A stretch of 64,000 nucleotides of DNA from positions 22,349 through 86,348 of the forward strand of contig CAZFTR010000004.1 of assembly GCA_964522405.1 (NCBI GenBank). The letters are read 5' to 3'. Origin of the DNA: an uncultured Gammaproteobacteria bacterium. Lineage in GTDB: Bacteria; Patescibacteriota; Patescibacteriia; Magasanikbacterales; UBA922. The notes under the pieces were generated by a model, which was not told where the DNA came from, searched no databases, and worked only from the letters and a program-made list of their open reading frames with translations. The translations under genes were made by a program, and so were the position numbers. This document shows positions 59,972-64,000 of the stretch, piece by piece (the stretch's first letter is position 1; the number at the start of each line of letters is the position of its first letter).

Positions 59972-60397
59972 TTACCAAGTTTTGGGATGAAGAATTCCAA
60001 TTCTAAAAAGTTGCCTGAAATGATCTAATATTTGCCAACTTCCGTACCTATGCCGGAGATGAACCATGTACTGATGAAAATCTTGTTTGAGTGCATAAAT
60101 TCTCTGTTTATTCAAAGCAACAGTCAATAAAATAAGAGAAAAACCAGCCAAACTAAGCAAAATTGCTTTTAAAATTTCTTCTAAACTAGTCAACATTGGT
60201 AAGTAATCATGATTCATTTGACTAGCCGGAACCTCCATAGCGCAACAAGGCATCATTTCCATATCTGCACTTGCTCCGGGCATAATATGGCCCGGCATTG
60301 CAAATACTCCAAGACGTAGACCCCCACAAAAAAAGGCAAAGCTGGTAATAGTGATTGCAATCACCAATGTTTTTATATGCTTTTTACTAAAATTCAT
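59972..60397 (-). CDS. Two-TM protein with Met/Cys/His-rich loop; possible metal-responsive leader
   Basis: MPGHIMPG...MEMMPCC..., C-terminus LFRIGILHPKTW; first gene of the cluster. Confidence 0.65.
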   Translation of the reverse strand: MNFSKKHIKTLVIAITITSFAFFCGGLRLGVFAMPGHIMPGASADMEMMPCCAMEVPASQMNHDYLPMLTSLEEILKAILLSLAGFSLILLTVALNKQRIYALKQDFHQYMVHLRHRYGSWQILDHFRQLFRIGILHPKTW

Positions 60398-60497
60398 ACC
60401 TGATTATGATAGCAAAAATATTATTAAATGTAAATATGTTAATTATTTTGCCTACAAAAAAGAGGCTTCAAACCTCTTTTTCTTATTTCTATAAATT

Positions 60498-62285
60498 TTA
60501 CTTTTTCCTCGAAGCCCTAACCCTATCCACTTCTTTTAATTGCTGTTTGCGCAATCGTACACTACTCGGTGTAATTTCCAGATATTCGTCTTCTGACATT
60601 ATTTCCATTCCTCGCTCAAGTGTTAAATCCATTGGTGGAACAAGCTGGGTAGCTATATCTGCTCCGGAAGCGCGCATATTTGTAAGTTGTTTTCCTTTTA
60701 TTGGATTTACTGTCATATCCATTCCTTTTGCTGTATTCCCTATTACCTGACCTTCATAGACATCTACATTTGGCTCAACATACATAACTCCTCGCTGTTG
60801 CAAGTTTGCCAGAGAATAAGAAAGTACTTTTCCGGTTTCTCCGGAGATCATAGAACCAACATCGCGTTTTTCAATCTCACCAACGTATTTTTCAAACCCA
60901 ATAACTTCACTACATAAAATTCCCTCCCCACGAGTGTCTACAATAAACTCACTTCTGTATCCAAGTAATCCTCTGGTTGGAATTTTATAAATCATACGTG
61001 TGTGACTTTGCTCTGGAGCCATTGATAGCATTTGCCCTTTGCGCTTTGCCATTTTTTCGATCACTACTCCTGAAGCTTCTTCTGGAATATCAAGAGTTAC
61101 TTCTTCAAATGGCTCATGCTTAACTCCATCTATTTCTTTGATAATAACTTGAGGTTGAGAAACCTGAACTTCGAAATTTTCACGACGCATATTCTCAAGC
61201 AAAATTGCAATATGCAATTCCCCTCTTCCATACACTTTGAAATAATCTGCTGAAGAAAAATCTATTTTTAAACCAACATTTACTTCCAGTTCTTTTTCCA
61301 GTCTTTTCTTGATTTGCTGACTGGTTACATATTTTCCTTCTTTTCCGGCAAATGGAGAATTATTTACCAAAAAATTCAAGCAAATTGTTGGTTCATCAAT
61401 TTTAATTACCGGCAAAAGCTCTTGATTTTCATCTGAACAAATGGTATCACCAATATATATTTCAGGAAGACCGGAAACCATAACAATGTCCCCTGCACCT
61501 GCTTCAGCAACTTCTTTTCGATTCATTCCTTCAAAAGTAAAAAGTTTTAAAATATTTCCTGATGTAGTTTTTCCATCATGTTTTTTTACAAAAACCTTGT
61601 CACCTGTCTTGATCTTTCCTTGATACACTCGTCCGATTCCAAGACGACCCAGATAATTATCATAAGCCAAATTAAATGGCTGAAAAGCAAAAGGCGCTTC
61701 TGTTGTTACTTGCGCTGCTGGAACTTTTTCTAGAATTGTATCAAGAAGTGGAACTAGATTGTCTGGCTCATCAGATAAGTCCATCTTTGCAAGACCATCT
61801 TTGGCATTTGCATAAACTGTAGTGAAATCGAGCTGCTCGTCATTTGCACCAAGATCCATAAACAGTTCGAGAACTTTATCATGAGCCCAATCAGGTCGAG
61901 CTGCCGGTTTGTCGATTTTATTGAGAACTACAATTGGTTTTAAACCTAGTTCTAATGATTTTTTCAAAACAAACTTAGTTTGAGGCATTGGACCTTCTTG
62001 CGCATCTACAATTAGCAAGACAGAATCAATAGAACGCAAAACCCGCTCCACTTCAGAACCAAAATCCGCATGACCCGGAGTGTCCACAATATTAATCTTC
62101 GTATCTTTATAAAAAACCGAAGTATTTTTTGAATAAATAGTAATTCCACGCTCACGCTCCAGATCATTTGAATCCATACTGGCGCTTTCATCAGTAATCA
62201 TCCCGGTTTGATGCATCAGAGCATCAGTCAGGCGGGTTTTACCGTGATCTACATGGGCTATAATTGCAATGTTTCTAATTTCCAT
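60498..62285 (-). CDS. typA: Translational GTPase TypA/BipA
   Basis: IRNIAIIAHVDHGKT, ERERGITI, DTPGHADF, GRGELH, LTNMRASG; start at ATG 62285. Confidence 0.96.
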   Translation of the reverse strand: MEIRNIAIIAHVDHGKTRLTDALMHQTGMITDESASMDSNDLERERGITIYSKNTSVFYKDTKINIVDTPGHADFGSEVERVLRSIDSVLLIVDAQEGPMPQTKFVLKKSLELGLKPIVVLNKIDKPAARPDWAHDKVLELFMDLGANDEQLDFTTVYANAKDGLAKMDLSDEPDNLVPLLDTILEKVPAAQVTTEAPFAFQPFNLAYDNYLGRLGIGRVYQGKIKTGDKVFVKKHDGKTTSGNILKLFTFEGMNRKEVAEAGAGDIVMVSGLPEIYIGDTICSDENQELLPVIKIDEPTICLNFLVNNSPFAGKEGKYVTSQQIKKRLEKELEVNVGLKIDFSSADYFKVYGRGELHIAILLENMRRENFEVQVSQPQVIIKEIDGVKHEPFEEVTLDIPEEASGVVIEKMAKRKGQMLSMAPEQSHTRMIYKIPTRGLLGYRSEFIVDTRGEGILCSEVIGFEKYVGEIEKRDVGSMISGETGKVLSYSLANLQQRGVMYVEPNVDVYEGQVIGNTAKGMDMTVNPIKGKQLTNMRASGADIATQLVPPMDLTLERGMEIMSEDEYLEITPSSVRLRKQQLKEVDRVRASRKK

Positions 62286-62413
62286 AATGTTATATAAAAA
62301 AACCTCTGGAATGGAGCTGTCGCCAAATACGCTTTTGGCAATACTACCATTAACGAGGCTTGAATCTGAGAATACAGTATTATATACTAAAAGCCTTAAA
62401 AAGTCAATTCTAT

Positions 62414-62896
62414 ATGCAAATCCCAAAACGCAAACTAGGAAAATATGCCCAAATGCCCACAGATCATGTCATGAGCAAGGCAAAATATCAAGAGCTGGAA
62501 CTTGAGCTCCAAAAACTAAAAAAGAAACGACCTCAGGCAGCACAAGAAGTAGTCAGACTGGCAGAACTGGGAGATTTTTCAGAGAATGTGGAGTATCAGC
62601 TAGCCAAAAGACGACTTCGAGGAATAAATGGCGCCATGCTCAAACTAGAATACAGAATTAACAATGCTGAGATTGTAGAAGCGAGTAACGGCGAGGTAGT
62701 AGAACTTGGTAGTACAGTGGAGCTCAAAACCCCTAAAGGAAGGCGAAAATACACGATTTTAGGCGCTTCTGAGGCAGATCCGGCAAAAGGTGTGATATCT
62801 CATCAGTCGCCTCTAGGAGAAGAGCTGATGGGGAGGAGAGTTGGTGATAAGTTTAGTGCGAGGATTGGAGAGTGTGAGGTGGTGGGTGTAAATTAA
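62414..62896 (+). CDS. greA: Transcription elongation factor GreA
   Basis: GDFSENVEY..AK, EADP..G.IS..SPLG..L.G; start at ATG 62414. Confidence 0.92.
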   Translation: MQIPKRKLGKYAQMPTDHVMSKAKYQELELELQKLKKKRPQAAQEVVRLAELGDFSENVEYQLAKRRLRGINGAMLKLEYRINNAEIVEASNGEVVELGSTVELKTPKGRRKYTILGASEADPAKGVISHQSPLGEELMGRRVGDKFSARIGECEVVGVN

Positions 62897-62966
62897 GTAA
62901 AGTTTAATTTTATTTAATGAAATTGACTAATAGAGATTGAAGGTAGTAATAATAAATGTTATAGTA

Positions 62967-62995
62967 TTGACAGATGAATATTTTTATGCTATAAA
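62967..62995 (+). promoter_or_regulatory. Sigma70 promoter of the TA pair
   Basis: TTGACA-17 nt-TATAAA with extended TG. Confidence 0.7.
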
Positions 62996-63018
62996 GATAA
63001 CTGCTTAATTTTCATATT

Positions 63019-63444
63019 ATGAGTAATCTATCTCCTATACAATATAGATTTTCTGTCTTATTTTCTCAGATTAAGGCTTTTTTATTCAAAAAAACTGAAA
63101 TAATTCCTGAAGCCTATAATTGTTACAGAGATAAATTACCTAAAATAGTAAAGGTTGATTGGGAAAGATTTGAGGACGGATTTATTGTTGGAAAAGTTAG
63201 TGCTGATGACTTTAATTTTGTAACTCAAGGTAAAAATGCTAAGGAATTTGTTAGAATGGTAAATGATGCTATTTATACAGCTTATGAAATACCGCCAAAA
63301 TATTTTTATGCATTAGGTGGTTTTACAACTTTTTCACCACCAGAAGAAGAACTACTAAAACTAAAAAATAAAAAAATAAAAAAAGCTTCATTTGGTAATA
63401 AAATATCTTTAATGCCTAAAAAAGAATTAGTGATTGCAAAATAA
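63019..63444 (+). CDS. HicB-like antitoxin
   Basis: EDGF.V.....F.TQG....E...MV.DAI, the HicB partial RNase H fold pattern. Confidence 0.65.
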   Translation: MSNLSPIQYRFSVLFSQIKAFLFKKTEIIPEAYNCYRDKLPKIVKVDWERFEDGFIVGKVSADDFNFVTQGKNAKEFVRMVNDAIYTAYEIPPKYFYALGGFTTFSPPEEELLKLKNKKIKKASFGNKISLMPKKELVIAK

Positions 63445-63450
63445 AAAAAT

Positions 63451-63699
63451 ATGGGAGAATTTGCTGATATCAAACGAAAGAAATTTTTGCAATTATTGAA
63501 GAAAATATCAAAAAATAAAAATTTTGACATAAACTGTGGTGGTAATCACCAGTGGAAAATATCTCATCAAACCTTTAAGCGACCATATCCTATCCCCTTT
63601 AAAAGAAATAAGGTCAAAGGAGTTTATCTTAAAGAGATTATAAAACTTATAGCCAAAACTGGCGAATTCACAGAAGATGAACTTAAAGAGATGATTTAA
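63451..63699 (+). CDS. HicA-like mRNA interferase toxin
   Basis: 82 aa, basic; GGNH catalytic-type His, ..P.P...., LK.II, dsRBD-like pattern. Confidence 0.6.
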   Translation: MGEFADIKRKKFLQLLKKISKNKNFDINCGGNHQWKISHQTFKRPYPIPFKRNKVKGVYLKEIIKLIAKTGEFTEDELKEMI

Positions 63700-63720
63700 T
63701 AAGCCACATGTCGATATGAT

Positions 63721-63748
63721 AAAAAAAACCGCTCAATCAAGCGGTTTT
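63721..63748. terminator. Bidirectional terminator
   Basis: AAAAAAAACCGCT-caatca-AGCGGTTTT. Confidence 0.75.
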
Positions 63749-63798
63749 AAGTTTAAATTAATAACTGGTCCTTCACTCACACTTTCTTCTTTCTACTC

Positions 63799-64000
63799 TT
63801 AACTTTCTACCACTACTTGCTCCGGCTTAGTTCTATAGATGAAAAGTATGGCTATTAAAAGTACTACAAGTGTCAATACTGTGGTTTGTAAATTAAATAC
63901 ATTAAAGACTTGCACCCAAAAATTTGTATCTACTTTAAAAAGTTTGATATTGCTTGGTTTGGTTCTAACTTTTGCTTTTTTATCAACGGAAACTGAAAAT
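63799..64000 (-). CDS. C-terminal end of a protein with a terminal TM anchor (partial)
   Basis: ...FSVSVDKKAKVRTKPSNIKLFKVDTNFWVQVFNVFNLQTTVLTLVVLLIAILFIYRTKPEQVVVES*. Confidence 0.6.
   Translation of the reverse strand, partial: FSVSVDKKAKVRTKPSNIKLFKVDTNFWVQVFNVFNLQTTVLTLVVLLIAILFIYRTKPEQVVVES

Noticed and set aside
62286-62426. N-terminal extensions of TypA and GreA in the ORF track
   Set aside because: They overlap the divergent promoter region; family-typical starts are at 62285 (typA) and 62414 (greA)

Overview
AT-rich bacterial chromosome segment in genetic code 11. Gene content, SD-less AT-rich gene starts, a tRNA without encoded CCA, and short ProRS/MetRS point to Patescibacteria/CPR (inference). 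The housekeeping backbone lies mostly on the - strand: mreB (partial), proS, dciA-like, a UvrD-nuclease fusion, a complete F1Fo ATP synthase operon, tatD, cvpA, metG, rsmI, priA-def-fmt, a Mur ligase, translin, two P-type ATPases, tRNA-Lys, asparaginase, a copper/heavy-metal cluster of about 9 kb, typA, greA and a hicBA-like pair. The most striking feature is a dispersed set of nine short (about 0.25-0.9 kb) GC-rich single-gene islets in intergenic gaps. They share one architecture: an AT-rich sigma70-like promoter, usually a Shine-Dalgarno motif (which host genes lack), a GC-rich ORFan that is often Cys-rich or membrane-anchored, a GC-rich hairpin, and usually a host-type terminator. Eight of the nine run antisense to the flanking genes. 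Elements missed by the ORF track include a Val/Ile/Leu leader-peptide attenuator ahead of a glutamine amidotransferase-like gene, a 59-aa metallothionein-like protein, a 42-aa zinc ribbon and heptamer repeats in the atp spacers. A possible metal-sensing leader gene plus terminator heads the copper cluster. All calls come from reading the sequence; no database searches were run.
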